A stretch of DNA of 63,514 nt, filler included, from Pelomyxa schiedti (Eukaryota > Protista > Evosea): the NCBI GenBank assembly GCA_020536535.1. It is 15 parts of 15 records of this genome, joined end to end, with 100 filler letters (N's around TTAATTAATTAA, not from the genome) between each part and the next. Parts side by side here need not be neighbours in the genome. Positions count along the whole stretch, not along the records: positions 17,178 to 41,657 come from JAHLWZ010001053.1; 14 more parts are not named here. One strand, given 5' to 3'. Position numbers and translations under genes: made by a program. Numbering within the stretch: position 1 is the stretch's first letter; every line of letters begins with the position of its first letter. The notes under the pieces were generated by a model. That model worked only from the letters and a program-made list of their open reading frames with translations. It ran no database searches and was not told the origin of the DNA. This document shows positions 24,114 through 36,759 of the stretch, piece by piece.

Positions 24114-26220
24114 ATGGGCGACGTGCACGAGGGCCGTGTGTCGGCTACGCCACCGACAGATATTGGACCAACGACTTCTACGACTACGACTTCTTCTTCT
24201 TCAGAGCACTCTACTACAAGTGTGAGCGCCGCATCTGCGGCGAGTAGTAGTGCCGTAACTTCGATCAAGTTCGATAAGACGTCGTTCACCAAGAAAGCCA
24301 ACGTAATGGCGCTGCGAGTACCTACGCACTTGTGTGGCGAGGTTGTGCGTCAATTCAGGGGATACTTGCTTTCTGGTAGAAAGGTGCGCTCTATACTGGA
24401 TGATCCGTTTCCCTCGAACACAGCTCCTTCTGATTCTGTGCCTTCTTTGCCAGCTACTACATCGGATGTTACCCAGGCTTGTGACTTAGCAAATGGCGCA
24501 GAGAAAACTGTTGACACCAATGAGTCCACTTGTGTGGCAACAACGACCGCAGCAGCAGCAACGCCGGCACCGGAAACAACCACTGCAGCAGCAAGAGAAC
24601 AAGTGCACGAAGTTACTCCTGCAGCCCGAAAGAAGGGAGGCAAGAAGTCTAGAAAGGCTGCGCAGGCAACTAAAGTGAAACCCCCGACGAGTGGAAGTGA
24701 ATCCCACAAGTTGGTTCTCCTGTCACCTGATGTTCATTCACTGGATGACTTACCTGACATCTGCCGGAAGCTTGTGGCTGGGTGTGATGTAATCCCGAGT
24801 TACGAAGTTCAGTTTGACCATACTCACTGCACTGTTGGTATACAACCACCACTGTGGATGTCTATTATATTTTCACATTCTATTATATAACCTCAAGGTG
24901 TACTTACGTATATTTATCTTTCTCTTTGCCTATTCCAGAGGAAATTTTGAAAACTCTCCTTCCTAGTACTATAAGTGCTATACCGTCCTCATTTGAGACA
25001 GTTGGTATGTAAAAATTTACTGCTAACTTCTTTCACATATATTTAGGCCACATTGCCCACTTAAATTTACGGGACGAGCAACTTCCTTACCGATATCTGA
25101 TAGGCGAAGTTATTTTAGCGGTGACCATCTAGTTCAATATGTATAATACTTAAATATGAAAATCCAACAGCAAAATCCCAATCTACGAACTGTTGTAACG
25201 AAAGTAGGGAGCATACATGCAGTGTTTCGCACGTTTGATATGGAGGTGTGTCTTCCTATGCACTTTAGTGCACCAATTAACCCTTAAAGATTATAGCTGG
25301 CGAGGATAACTTTGAAACGGAAGTGGTACCGCAACTTCTTCCCCTTGTCAAACCAATTTAACTGGTTTTCCAGAGAGAAGGCACTTGTAAGTTTCGATTC
25401 AATTACAAAGAAGTCTACTGGAACTCTCGGTTACAAACCGAGCACACACGTCTTGTCTCTCTCTTCAAGCAGGAAGATGTCATATGTACAGTTCTTCTCG
25501 GATCCGAGCAATCTTCTCAATCTTCTACACTGGAAATAGGTGATGTCTTCGCCGGAGTGGGACCTTTTGCAGTACCAGCAGCCAAATTTGGATGTGTTGT
25601 CCATGCTAACGATCTCAATCCCTCCTCGGTCAAGTACTTGACCCAAAATGCCGCTATCAACAAAGAAAGCACAACTGTAATACCTTGTCTTCTCACTTAC
25701 TGTAATCCTAGGTTTCAAAATTTGTTCAATGTTACAACATGGATGGTAGGGACTTCATGCGCGACATGGTAGCAAAGGGTGTGAAATTCAATCATGTAGT
25801 AATGAATCTCCCTGCTTCGGCAATCACCTTCGTTGGTAACTCCCAAAATTGCATGTGCATTCCAACACATTTTACAGATGTGATACGTGACTTTTGCTTA
25901 AGCACACCATGCAAATGGCCCTCTGATGCGTGGGTGCACTGTTATACATTCTCAAAAAAAGCTGTGAATCCAAAAACAGATGCACGTGAAGTACGAACTC
26001 TTCCCTTGTGATTCTCCTAATTATTATGAACACAGCAACTTCTCACCGCTTTGCATCCTGTCGTACCCTATGAACTAAAGATTCATGATGTTCGCAATGT
26101 TTCCCCACACAAAGAAATGCTCTGTGTGAGTTTCAGAGTGTCTGGTGCCAATGCCACAAGTGTTACTGGTAGTGTTGAGGAACAACCAAATCAACCCTCC
26201 AACAAACGCTGTAAATGCTA
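24114..26220 (+). CDS. TRM5: tRNA (guanine-N1)-methyltransferase Trm5
   Basis: [87 protein letters not shown] and [19 protein letters not shown]. Confidence 0.96.
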
Positions 26221-26309
26221 ACAACAAAGAACTCATTTTTTGGCACCTCCCAACTCCATTTTTTCGTGATACAAAATGGCACCACTCCTTGGACATTTAT
26301 ATACACAGG

Positions 26310-27299
26310 TTACGATGTAGCCCAGGACGCAAAGTGCTCCAGGAGATAGGTGACAGCCTGTCAACAGTTAGTGTGGACTGCATGAGGTGAATTGTGTAAT
26401 ACCTGCGGATGTAGGAATCTAGAAAGGCTTGCTACGTCGTTATCATGCATTGCTTGGCGAATGAGGGTTGAGCTGATGTCCTCAAGTTCGGGTAACAAAA
26501 TGATACCTGTGGAAATGAGGGTACTTGAGAGAATGTTGGGCAAAAGAAGGGCATACCACAACATGGCCTCCTTTTGATATTTTCGGCAACTGCTTCAGTG
26601 TATCCTGGTCTTCCAGGAACGACATAGTCAATGTCATCTTCCCAAGCATCGTACTTGGCAATGAAGTCCGCCCCATACATCAGGCGTACATGAAAATTAA
26701 ACTCTGTAACACCTTACGGAAATGAAAGACCCTAAGTAGATTAACCTGGAAACTCTGCAGACAACAATTGCTCCACGACTTGCCCAGTTTGGTACCCATT
26801 GGGCCACCCCCAAGGAATAGTCGTTATCCAATTTGTTTCGGCTGCGTAGATATCACAGATTGCACAACGGTGATTCAATGGAATGAAATCAGCACCTAAT
26901 TTCTAGAACTTTTTCAATGGGTGGGAATGACTTTGCCTGTTTTGCAAATGTATTGTTTTCTCTGGATTGAAACTTACACCATGCACGTAGCGGTCACTTG
27001 ATGGGGAAATAAACCCTCCAACAACAACCTGGGCTCTTTTTTCCAATTCTTCTTTACCCATCACAAACATGGCGTAGTGCTAAAAAGGCAAACTTAGAAA
27101 GGGATCCAAAAATACGCCTGTTTCTGCACTACAACGTACTAACCATTTTGTGGAATGGTGCAAATGCACCAGGGCCAAGTAATATCTGCAGCGCCTCCTT
27201 GGAACCACCACGCGCAAACCGGCTACGTTGCTGCGCGTTCAATGTAGCCAGTACCGCCCCCACCTTACTCATATCCAATTGTATGTGGCTCTTGCTCAT
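26310..27299 (-). CDS. NMNAT: Nicotinamide/nicotinate mononucleotide adenylyltransferase-like (cytidylyltransferase fold)
   Basis: GAFAPFHKM|H (HxxH-type motif), GGFISPSSDRYV, HR..C, YGADF and ISSTLIR. Confidence 0.8.
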
Positions 27300-27605
27300 T
27301 TGTGTTGGGTAACCGTTCCGGTTACTTTCGGTTCTTTTGTTCCCGTTCACCCGAAAACTCAGAGCCTCTGGCCCAAGTTGGACCTCAGTAATGTCAGGGA
27401 CTGACGCCTCAGGCTCCTCCAACTCAGGGATAGATGAGTGGGCACGTGGCTCGTGGCTCCTTGGTGCTGGGTGATTTCGTCGTCCAGAAACCAAACCAAG
27501 AACGTTTCAAAAGTGCAATTTTTTGATTCCGAAAGGGAAGACAAACAAGAACACAAAAAAGCAAAAGGAAAACCCCCCTCCACCCCCATCGTGACCGCTA
27601 CCGAG

Positions 27606-28840
27606 ATGTCAAGCACCACCACCACGTCCTCGACATCGTCGTCTTCGTCGTCGTCTGCGGCGGCCGCTCCTGCTTCGTCGTCGTCCGTTGCGTCCTCTGC
27701 CCCGGCCGCCGCGTCGTCCAAGTGGCCCACACCAAAGTTGATGAAGAAGCTGATGATTCGCAACAACATCACTCCGTTGGCTGTTGAACAACGCGAGGTG
27801 TGTGAGACGCAAGCCAAAACTAAAACTAAACAAAATTAAAATTAAAACAAAAGTAAAAGTCATTATGCATATGTTTGCTTTACTTGATCCATCCAAGCAA
27901 ACTCTAAAAAAAAACAAGGCCCTCAAGGGACAAATTAGGGCTCAAGCAGAGAAAATCAGGCTTATGAAAGCTGCTGGGGAGGCAAAGCGAGCCCCACTCA
28001 TGTTTTGGGAACAAGTCTTCAATCTACTGGAACTGAAATTCACCTACGATGTATGTGAGTGTTGCCCGGCCTTGATTTAAAAAGACCTGCACAGATTAAC
28101 AGTCCTGTACCGGTTGTGGACCGAGAATTCCTTGTTCCAACGCAGGTAATGCTGTGCCCATTTCCTGTATGCTGAGCACTCACCCCTTTTAGCTGGATTC
28201 CCTTGAAATAGAATTCAAAATCAGATGGAGCGTTGTTCTTCCAAATGGAAAGATTGAGCGGCTTCAGAGGTCAATACAATCAACAATCGTCTTCCCTTAT
28301 GCCCAACTGTGCATTATAGACCATTCCAGTACCGCACCACAGTGACAGGAGCTGAAATACGAAATATCATTCAAAGTTACACTGCCACCAAATATCCTGA
28401 GCTTGCTGGCTTCCTCAAAGTAAGATTGATGAAAATAAGATTAAACAACTTAATTGTCATTAGATTGAATTTCCTGAAGAGTTGACACACATTCAAATTC
28501 TCACAAACCCTGAAACCACAACTGTTAGTACAACTACCACCGCAAGCACGCCAGCAGCACCAACACGCCCGTCAGCAGCTGTTGAGGAAGAGCACCAAGC
28601 CACATCTGCAAAGCCACCTTGCGTTTGGCGGGCTCTTACAGACCAGGTGACGGTTTTAATGCCACGATACTCTGTAATGATACATTAGGATATCTTCCGT
28701 ATCCCGTTGTGGTTCCCTGGACCTCGTCTTGCCAACACAGCTGTTGTCCAATGCCGCGTAACGTATAACTTTTTTTTCACCTCTGCCCTTTTTTAAGGAA
28801 AAATCAACCAAAGGTTTCCTGAGCCATACTGCAATATAAG
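27606..28840 (+). CDS. Hypothetical multi-exon protein (S/A-rich N-terminus, coiled segment, possible ubiquitin-like domain); 3' end ambiguous
   Basis: Consistent GT-AG exon chain; LEIEFKIRWSVVLPNG..R|PFQYRTTVTGAEIRNIIQ is a beta-grasp-like pattern. Confidence 0.5.
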
Positions 28841-30754
28841 CCACCCCGTATCTTATCCTGCTAATTGCATTCCTCAACTCATTGACACTGGTTCCTTCAA
28901 ACAAAAATACCCCGTTTTCTAACATTGTTTAGGAGTCAATTTGTTTGACCCTGCCTTTAACAATGATTTAACTCTACTTCACCGAGCTGCTGTGGCTGGT
29001 GTTAGCCAAATGATTGCTTTGTCCGTGGTGTGTAGTTTATCTTGTATGGGAGTGACCATTAGGGGTTCACCGTTCCTGTGCACAGGATGTGGAAACAAGC
29101 AACATCTCTCGCAAGATAGCCCAGATGAATCCAAATTCTGTGTTCGCCAGTGTTGGTATTCATCCTCACTACGCAGAGAAAACGCCAGTGGATCCAAGTA
29201 CCCTTCTATGAATACTGCAAATTTCTCCTTATTTTTGTTTACCCGCAGATATACTCCTGAAGTTGATTGAAGGTGGTGGGTTTATTGCTGTGGGTGAATG
29301 TGGTCTCTCTTATGAGGCAGAATGGTACTTTCATCACCTTTGAGGAGATCTCACTATTTTTTTTAGTCCGGCAAGCAAAGTAAGCCAGAAAGCTTGGCTT
29401 AAATGTCAGCTGGAAATTGCGGCGGCCAAAAAGATGCCCGTCATCTTTCACGAGCGAGGTATTTGTGTTATCTCTACCACTTCTCACTGTACAACAGAAG
29501 CACATAAGGACTTTGTTGAAGCATTCACCCCTTTTGAAACTCAGGTATCTCTCACTTCTCTTTGAGTTATTTAACAGTGTCAAGATAACCCGCAAAGTAA
29601 TAAATTGCTTCAATGGCACAGAAGCAGAGCTTCAGTGGTATATCAAGCACGATTTCTATATTAGTATTGCTGGTATATAAACTTGGTGTGCCAAAAATGT
29701 GACGGTACACAGGAATTCTTTGTAATGATGCCAGAGGGGAGCCTTTGCGCAAAATTGTCAACCAAATACCCCTCGATAAATTGGTATGCCATACTTTTTT
29801 TTCCTGTCATGTAACACGTGAAGGTTCTTGGCACGGATGCACCATACGTCACCCCATTTAACATGGAGAAGCCTTATCCCGTTCACAATGAACCAAGCAC
29901 ACTTCCACACATTCTTGTGAAAGTGGCCGAGTACTTCCACCCCTTACCACTTGTGGAACTTGCTGCAGCCTGTGTTAGGGTATGTTAATCACTTCAACAT
30001 AACTCTTTAGTATCAACAACTCATGCAAATTACGTCTCCCTAAAGAACGCCCGTAAACTCTTCGGAATTCCTGATTTGTGCTACTGTGGGACAGTGAACG
30101 TACCGCCTATTTACAATCCAAATATCCGAACCTCAACTCGCGCTTTGATAACGTAACTTCCTGTTACAACCTTTTTTAAACATAACTTAAAACGCAAAAC
30201 AGATGGACACCGGCTGAAATAGCTGCAGCATTACAACCAGGGCATGTTGCCTTCATGTTTGAAGGTGTTGTCTTTGAATGCACAGAAAAGGGTACCCAGT
30301 CAATAACTTTTTCCTCTGTCCTAATTGGCACAACATAGAAAAAGAGACACTTGAGCAACAACAAGCCAAGCTGGGATTGGAAGCTTTCAGACAACTGCTT
30401 GCAGACATGAAGCTCAAGCAGCTACAGAAGAAGAAGGAAGCAGCGCCCAAAGCACCCAAGGAGCGGAAGCCCAGGAAAGAAGGCGCCTCGGGCCGAGGCG
30501 GGCGCGGCAGAGGCAGAGGCAGGGGAAGAGGCCGGGGAGGCAGAGGTGGCCGAGGCGGGCGCGGCCGAGGAGCACCAAGGGGAGCCCGAGGAGGCCGCGG
30601 CAGGGCGGCGCCGGCCCCGACGCCCGTGGCCGTGCACGCGCCTCCCACCGTGGCCGTCACCCCCGCGCCCCCCACGGCGGCGGCCCCCCGCGGCCGCGGC
30701 GCCGCTGCCCCTCCTCCACGTGGGGCTCGTGGGGCCTGGCGTGCGAGGTCCTAG
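28750..30754 (+). CDS. tatD: TatD-family nuclease with a C-terminal extension and RGG/GAR-rich tail; start uncertain
   Basis: LIDTG|VNL, VGIHPH, AVGECGL, PVIFHER, NCFNG, IPLDKL|VLGTDAPY, NEP and NARKLF. In-frame introns 29980-30045, 30153-30202 and 30292-30338 connect to the RGRGGRGG tail. Confidence 0.85.
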
Positions 30755-31094
30755 GCGGTTCTAGTGAAAACTACAACTATTACAACAGATATGGCCACAA
30801 CGCCTTTCCTCTCTTTAATGGACCTTTATTCCTTTCTGCCCGATGGCATCTTTTTTTCTCCGCGGCTGGTGCAGTGAATGACAGTGGACACTCGTTGTTT
30901 TTTTTTTCTGCGATGTTGAGAAGAGACGGAACGGAAGCGATGATGATAAAAACAAAAAGGATAAAAACCAAAAGTTAAAAGATCAAATCACAAGTTCCAT
31001 CAGTAACACGCTACCCAACGACTTCCTTACCCACACCCCTTTACTTTTGCAATAGCCCAAAAAACCCCCAAACACTACCCACACAACAAGCAAC

Positions 31095-32603
31095 ATGGGC
31101 AACAGCGCCAGCAGCAAGAGCAAGTCCAAGACACCAACCTCCACGTCGCCAACTTCGCAGCAGCACCGCCCACACTCTCACTCCACAGCCGCTACCACCA
31201 CCACTACCGCCACACCACAACCGCGTACGTCGTCAACACAGCCACAACACGGCACCTCGACAACCACAGCAACAACGAACACAGGAGGGGTTGGCAGGCC
31301 CGCGTCGACGTCGATATCGGGTCCTCCTTCCTCGTCTGGCACGGCCAAGACCACTACGACGTCATCAAATGCAACTGCGACACCTACACCTACCGCGGCT
31401 GCATCTGCTACAACGGCGGGGCCTGATGGCAAAATGGAAGAGGTGTGGTCGCGTTCTATTATGGGACTTGTATTTTACGATAATGTAAAAAAGCAATACT
31501 AAACCAGAACAATAAACCTGGCACTGACAAAAAGGAATAGTTTTCTATGCGGCTGTCAGACGCTGATGTAAAGAAACTATCTGACCTATGGCTGGAACTT
31601 GTTGGATCCAAGACTGAATCGGTGACTCCCTCCACATTTTAACTTTGGTTCGACGTTCAACTCATCGAGCATTACATTACAAGGTCTCCTTTGAAAAGTT
31701 CACTGATATTGTAAAGCAAGCTTCAAAGCTCTTCCCAGACTTACTTGCCTTGAAAGAGGCAGAATTCGCACAACAGCTATTTACTCTACTTGACGTAGAT
31801 CACAGCAACTCTATAAGCTACCAGGAACTGTTTGGAGGGGTTGAGTTCCAATTTAACTATAATATGTACTCATGAAATTCCTCTCTTTTCTGTATTACAG
31901 TTAGCTGTTATGGCAAAAGGAAATATGAAAGATAAGGCTGCCCTTGTATTCTATGCATGTGACGCCAATGGTTGTGTTACCTTGGCATTAGAATGTGTTA
32001 ATCGTGGTTAAACCAGGTGATGGGACATTGACTAGACAGGAACTGACACAAGCATTCGAAAATGCTCTGTATAATGCGCAAATGCTAGTAACTATTCAAA
32101 CTGGCAGGTCAATGATCCCCACCTTCCCGGGATTTGACGGAATGGCGATTCTCCGGAAAAATGCTGGTACAGGGTGAAACAACTTTAAAACTCCCCTAAT
32201 ACTTTCTAGCTGAAGGAGCTGCCAGATCAGTTGAACTTCATAGGCCCCACATTCAACAAGCAATAGATAAGGTAACCCAGTGAGCTACCGTCGAAAATAC
32301 TCACTTTTTTGAACAACTCTATAGATCTTTGAGGCTGACGACAATGATGATGGCGTTTTGTCCTTAGAAGAATGGTGCCGACACTGCGAAACAGTACCGG
32401 AGCTTAGGGCATTCTTTAAATTCTCCACGGGTTCTTCCCTTCCCATCCCTAACACGGGGATTCTAACCCGGAAAAAAAAAGGTGGAAAGCTTATTAACAC
32501 CGACGCTGCAGCAGTTGTTGAACTGGCATCACAAAACCCATTTGCCTCTGAGGCTGACCTAGACGATGCCACGGCAGCAGCTGGGGGATCAGGCGGCCTG
32601 TGA
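31095..32603 (+). CDS. N-myristoylated EF-hand calcium sensor (NCS-1/calcineurin-B-like)
   Basis: MGNSASS start; EF loops DVDHSNSISYQE, DANG|DGTLTRQE and DDNDDGVLSLEE; T/S-rich insert after the N-terminus. Confidence 0.88.
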
Positions 32604-32898
32604 TAGCACTTTCGTTTTACCTCCATGGCCCAACATGTATGCTTATACAACTACTATTACTACAACGTGAGGCATGTTGTGCTGGCTGTACATGGAGTGT
32701 ATGAGTGTAAGATACACTTTTCCCACCTCTTTGAAGGCTGACTGATTTATGAGGTTTTTTAGACCCCACCCCCCCATTAAAAAAGGGGTGGTGGTATTTA
32801 AAAAAAAAAAGTTTAAAAAAACACTCATATCTCTTTTATTTTGCTGTGGTATAAACAAGCGGAGCCTTCGTGGTGAAGACTGAGGACTTCCTAAAAGG

Positions 32899-35800
32899 CT
32901 ACAAAAAATCTACAATGGGGGGGTGTGAACTGGGGTCCTGCTGAAGAAATTCCGCAAAGCGTTCCACGTGCTGTGACCACTCGATTTGGGCAAGTGGAAC
33001 ATAGACTTCGTGGTGGCCAGGCTGTAGCCTGGTGTTGTTATTGTTGTGACTGATAGTGCTGGTGACTGCTTTGGTAGGAGGAGGAGGGCCGGGGCTACTG
33101 GGAGGAGGTACGGGATCAGGTTGTACCACTAGATTGAGATAGACTTCAATTTGTGTGTTTATTTTCCTGCGAGTTGATGTGCCAACGGCATTGAATAGAG
33201 TCAAGCTCTTTACCTGTTCATTTGGTCGATCTCATTAAGTGTTGGGTCTGCATAGCGTGAGGAACTGCTAACCCTCTTCCTGGAGCGCTGTTTGGATGTT
33301 GGATTTTTGAAATGAAGTTACAAGGTAGCCAGACCTGAAGAAGTAAAACTTGGTAAAAAGCGGAGCGGACGAGGTGGCTCTTCATACTTTGAGAAAAAAG
33401 GCAAGAAAGGTAGTTGCATACCCAATGTAAAAAGAAAAACAGAAACCAGCGATTTAGCAGAAATTCGAGAAACAAAAACTAATGTGAAAAGTTAACAAAA
33501 ACCGGAAGAAATAGAGTGATAAGAACCATTCGAGATTCGAAAAGGAACAAATCCGCGTGCGTGTATAGAAAATTGAGAACCTGTTTTCGTTTAGAAAGCA
33601 AAAAAAGAGAGCAACCTGCTCACACGGACTAATAATGTATGGTGGTCAATATCAATTATCACTATGCCTTTCTTAGCAGTATAAACTTCAAGGAAAAAAT
33701 GCTAACCCTCGAAACCCTTGCACATGAAGGGCATGTCAAAATCCCGACCTAGAACTTGTTTATGCTGAGAAATGCAACTAAGCCAACGGTCCAGGAATGT
33801 AAATGTATCTAAAAGCCAATAAGCCAGAAGAGAGTATCCACAGGACACACCAAGAACAGCGACTGTATCTGACGCGCAAGTCTTGGCATAGAATATACTT
33901 GAAAGAAAACGTAAGTTGCAGGAAAAAACAAAAATGGAGAAAGCCACCTTATCATGCCATTTAGTACTTTTTCAGGAGCCACACCAAGCAATAAATCCTC
34001 GATCTCAACGAAGTAAATGTTATCGCATGGTTTGGGGTTTGTATAGGCAAATAAGTACGCCTGCAAGAGGCTATGGAATGCCGGAATCGAGTACCACTCA
34101 AAGTCACTTCGTATTCTTAGACAATTGAAGAATAAATAGTGGCTTACCGGTTGCCAACAAGTAATTTAACATACACCAAGAGCTCCTTGAAGAAAACAAG
34201 GAAATGATTCTTCATAACCTCTAGCCACTAAAAAAAAAAATTGATATCTGATGTAACTAACTTCAGATATTCATACAGGTCTTTCAATTTCGAGGACTAT
34301 CTTTGCTTCTAAATCTGGCATCATCTGCATAAAAGAGACATAAAAAAAGTTGGAAAGGAAAAAATTAGTGGTACCTGGTCCAGATAAGCATGGAAGGCAT
34401 CCCATTGAGAAAAAGATGGAAAAGGTGACAGCTTGTTGCAAACTATTGATATCAGGATTAAGAAATACTGGAAGGAATCGGGACCTGGTTCAATGGGATC
34501 TAAAGCACCGGAAGGTACTGTTGGTAGAGAACAAGATAAGAGTTTGCGGAAGCCTTGGGGCATAACTCTTTAGTGTATGTTATGGAATTTGGAGAACGCA
34601 CATGGAATGCGGAAGAAAAGAATAGCCAGTAATCGGCTGAGTGCCCGCCAGTACATTGTTGGGAGGTTGAGTTGAAAGGTTATTGCTACCGATTCCTAAA
34701 GAGCACTAAGGAACAGTTGAATATTAGGCTGAATACCTTAGGTGTAGTAGTTCCGTGGGAATTATATTTGGAATCTTGGGAGGAAGTTGAACTCTCAACA
34801 TGAGACTCTGCACCGCAAGTTGAGGTTGTACAAGAGACACTCATTGGCACAGTGATACCTAGTCCTGGGTGGGTGGAACCAAACGGCAGACCAGCAAATG
34901 ATGTTGTAGTATCAGCTTTTGGGATGGATATATCGATATTCTTCAGTGATGCCAGAATGACATCAAGCTCATCTTCTCTTTCAGAGTCAAACTCAGAATC
35001 TGAGCTGGAGTATTGTTCACGTTCCGGAGAGCATGGGGCTGTGCGTGAGGTAGTTATAGAATCTAGAGAGTCTTTGGATAATGTGCCGTTATCCTCCAGC
35101 TGAAAGATCATGGGGGGAGGACTGTCTGGAGATGACTGGAGAGGGGGTGATTTCCTGGATTCATCAACTTCGGAATTACAATGAATCATAGTAGTCTGGA
35201 CGAGAGCTTGTTGTGAGGCTCTGTTGGAGGGTGGAAGTGGGAGTGGATGTGAAGGTGGTACGTGCGACAAACTCTCTCTACAAGAAGGAGTTGCACAAGA
35301 ATTTTCTATTAAGAAGGCATCTGGGGGTTCAGATTCGGGTGATGGGGGAGAAAGGTGCATATTAGACAAAACAGAAGGTTGGGGGGCACATGGCGAGTAC
35401 GCCTGGGTGGATGACTGAATTGGCTGGCGAGGTGACTGAATTGCCAAAGGAAACGAGACATGAGATAGAGGGATTGCTATGTCTGGTTCCCAGGGCAAAT
35501 CTGAATTATCACTAGGTAATCTAGGTAATTCCCGTTTTTCAACTGGCACCGCGGTAGTTGAGTGATTGATGGTGATCATAAGCAACTGAAGAGTTGCATA
35601 CAGCAATTTCCGATAGCGAATTGACAAAACTAAATCCAGTGGAAGTTCAGACTGAGATGACCGCTTGGGCAGTGGAAAGTGCACCAGCTCTGGGCTTAGA
35701 TTCTGATTGAGTTATTTACTGATAGTGAGAAAGCTTTACCGTGTTAATATTGTTGCTAAAGTACTGAAAAAAATCAGAGGGGTATCAGCTCCCGGCAAAC

Positions 35801-36417
35801 TTTGCATTGCTCTCAGTATTTGTGCCCACATTTGAAACAAACACTGGTCCACAACAGGTTCATACTCACTACAAGGATTTTCAGTGTGAAACAAATCAAT
35901 GGGAGGCTTACGGTGGCTTTTCCAATGAGTAGACAAAGTTCAGGGATCCGGAGAGTTTCTCAAGCTGGGTCGTTAGTTGTGAAATTGCTGCCTAGTGTTT
36001 GGCTCAGAGGGAAATAGAGCCAAGGAAGTAAAGTACTTGTGCCTTGTCTGGATCCGATAATTTCAGACACTGGCTTTCAAACTTGGGTATTATTTCGTTC
36101 GTAACGAGTGCATGTAAGGAGATGGCCCTAAAAGCGAAGGGGAAAGAAAGAAAGAAAAAAAAAAAATTAGGCACCCCACATAACTTTAAAAAAAATCAGA
36201 AATAAGGGACATAGTGGCACCAGGTTTTGTACTTGGTTGCCTCAGAAGATTGCTTGGAGAATGTTGGGAGCCGGAAATGCCTAAATACACCTCTCCTCTT
36301 CTTCCTCTCAATTGCCTCCCACGCCTCGTCATCGGATCTTACCGTTGGGGAAGTTGCTCCCTCGTCTTTTCTCTTTGTTTTACGGGGCGAGGTCGACAAA
36401 GGCGAAGTAGGGAGCAT
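32899..36417 (-). CDS. Large multi-exon hypothetical protein (helical, S/P-rich centre); tentatively DUF1765-like
   Basis: Exon chain with RLLAILFFRIP, WDAFHAYL and AKTCASDTVAV...LDRWL...DFDMPF, which I recall as resembling DUF1765 (unverified). Confidence 0.5.
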
Positions 36418-36759
36418 GCCCGGCAATTTGCGTCAAATCGAAAAAAAAAAGGGAAGAAAGAAATCACACGAACAAAATTTCGACTTGGCGTGACAAATTA
36501 AGAAGAAGATCGAAGATCTAGACAGGAGAGCCGCAGCAAATCAGCTTTTTTTGCCACTGAAGACCCCAGAGTAAATCGACACCATCTGGCAGATAAAAGC
36601 AAGTGCTAAGGGGGAACGCCAATCAAGCAACCCACGTTCTGAATCTGTTCAAACAACAAAAAAGTAAAACCAAGATCGTAGGACTATAACAGGGAAGTTT
36701 TGATTTTATCAAACAGAGGAAGTATTAGGGGGTACTAGGTAAAGCCTTCTAACTGTAGA

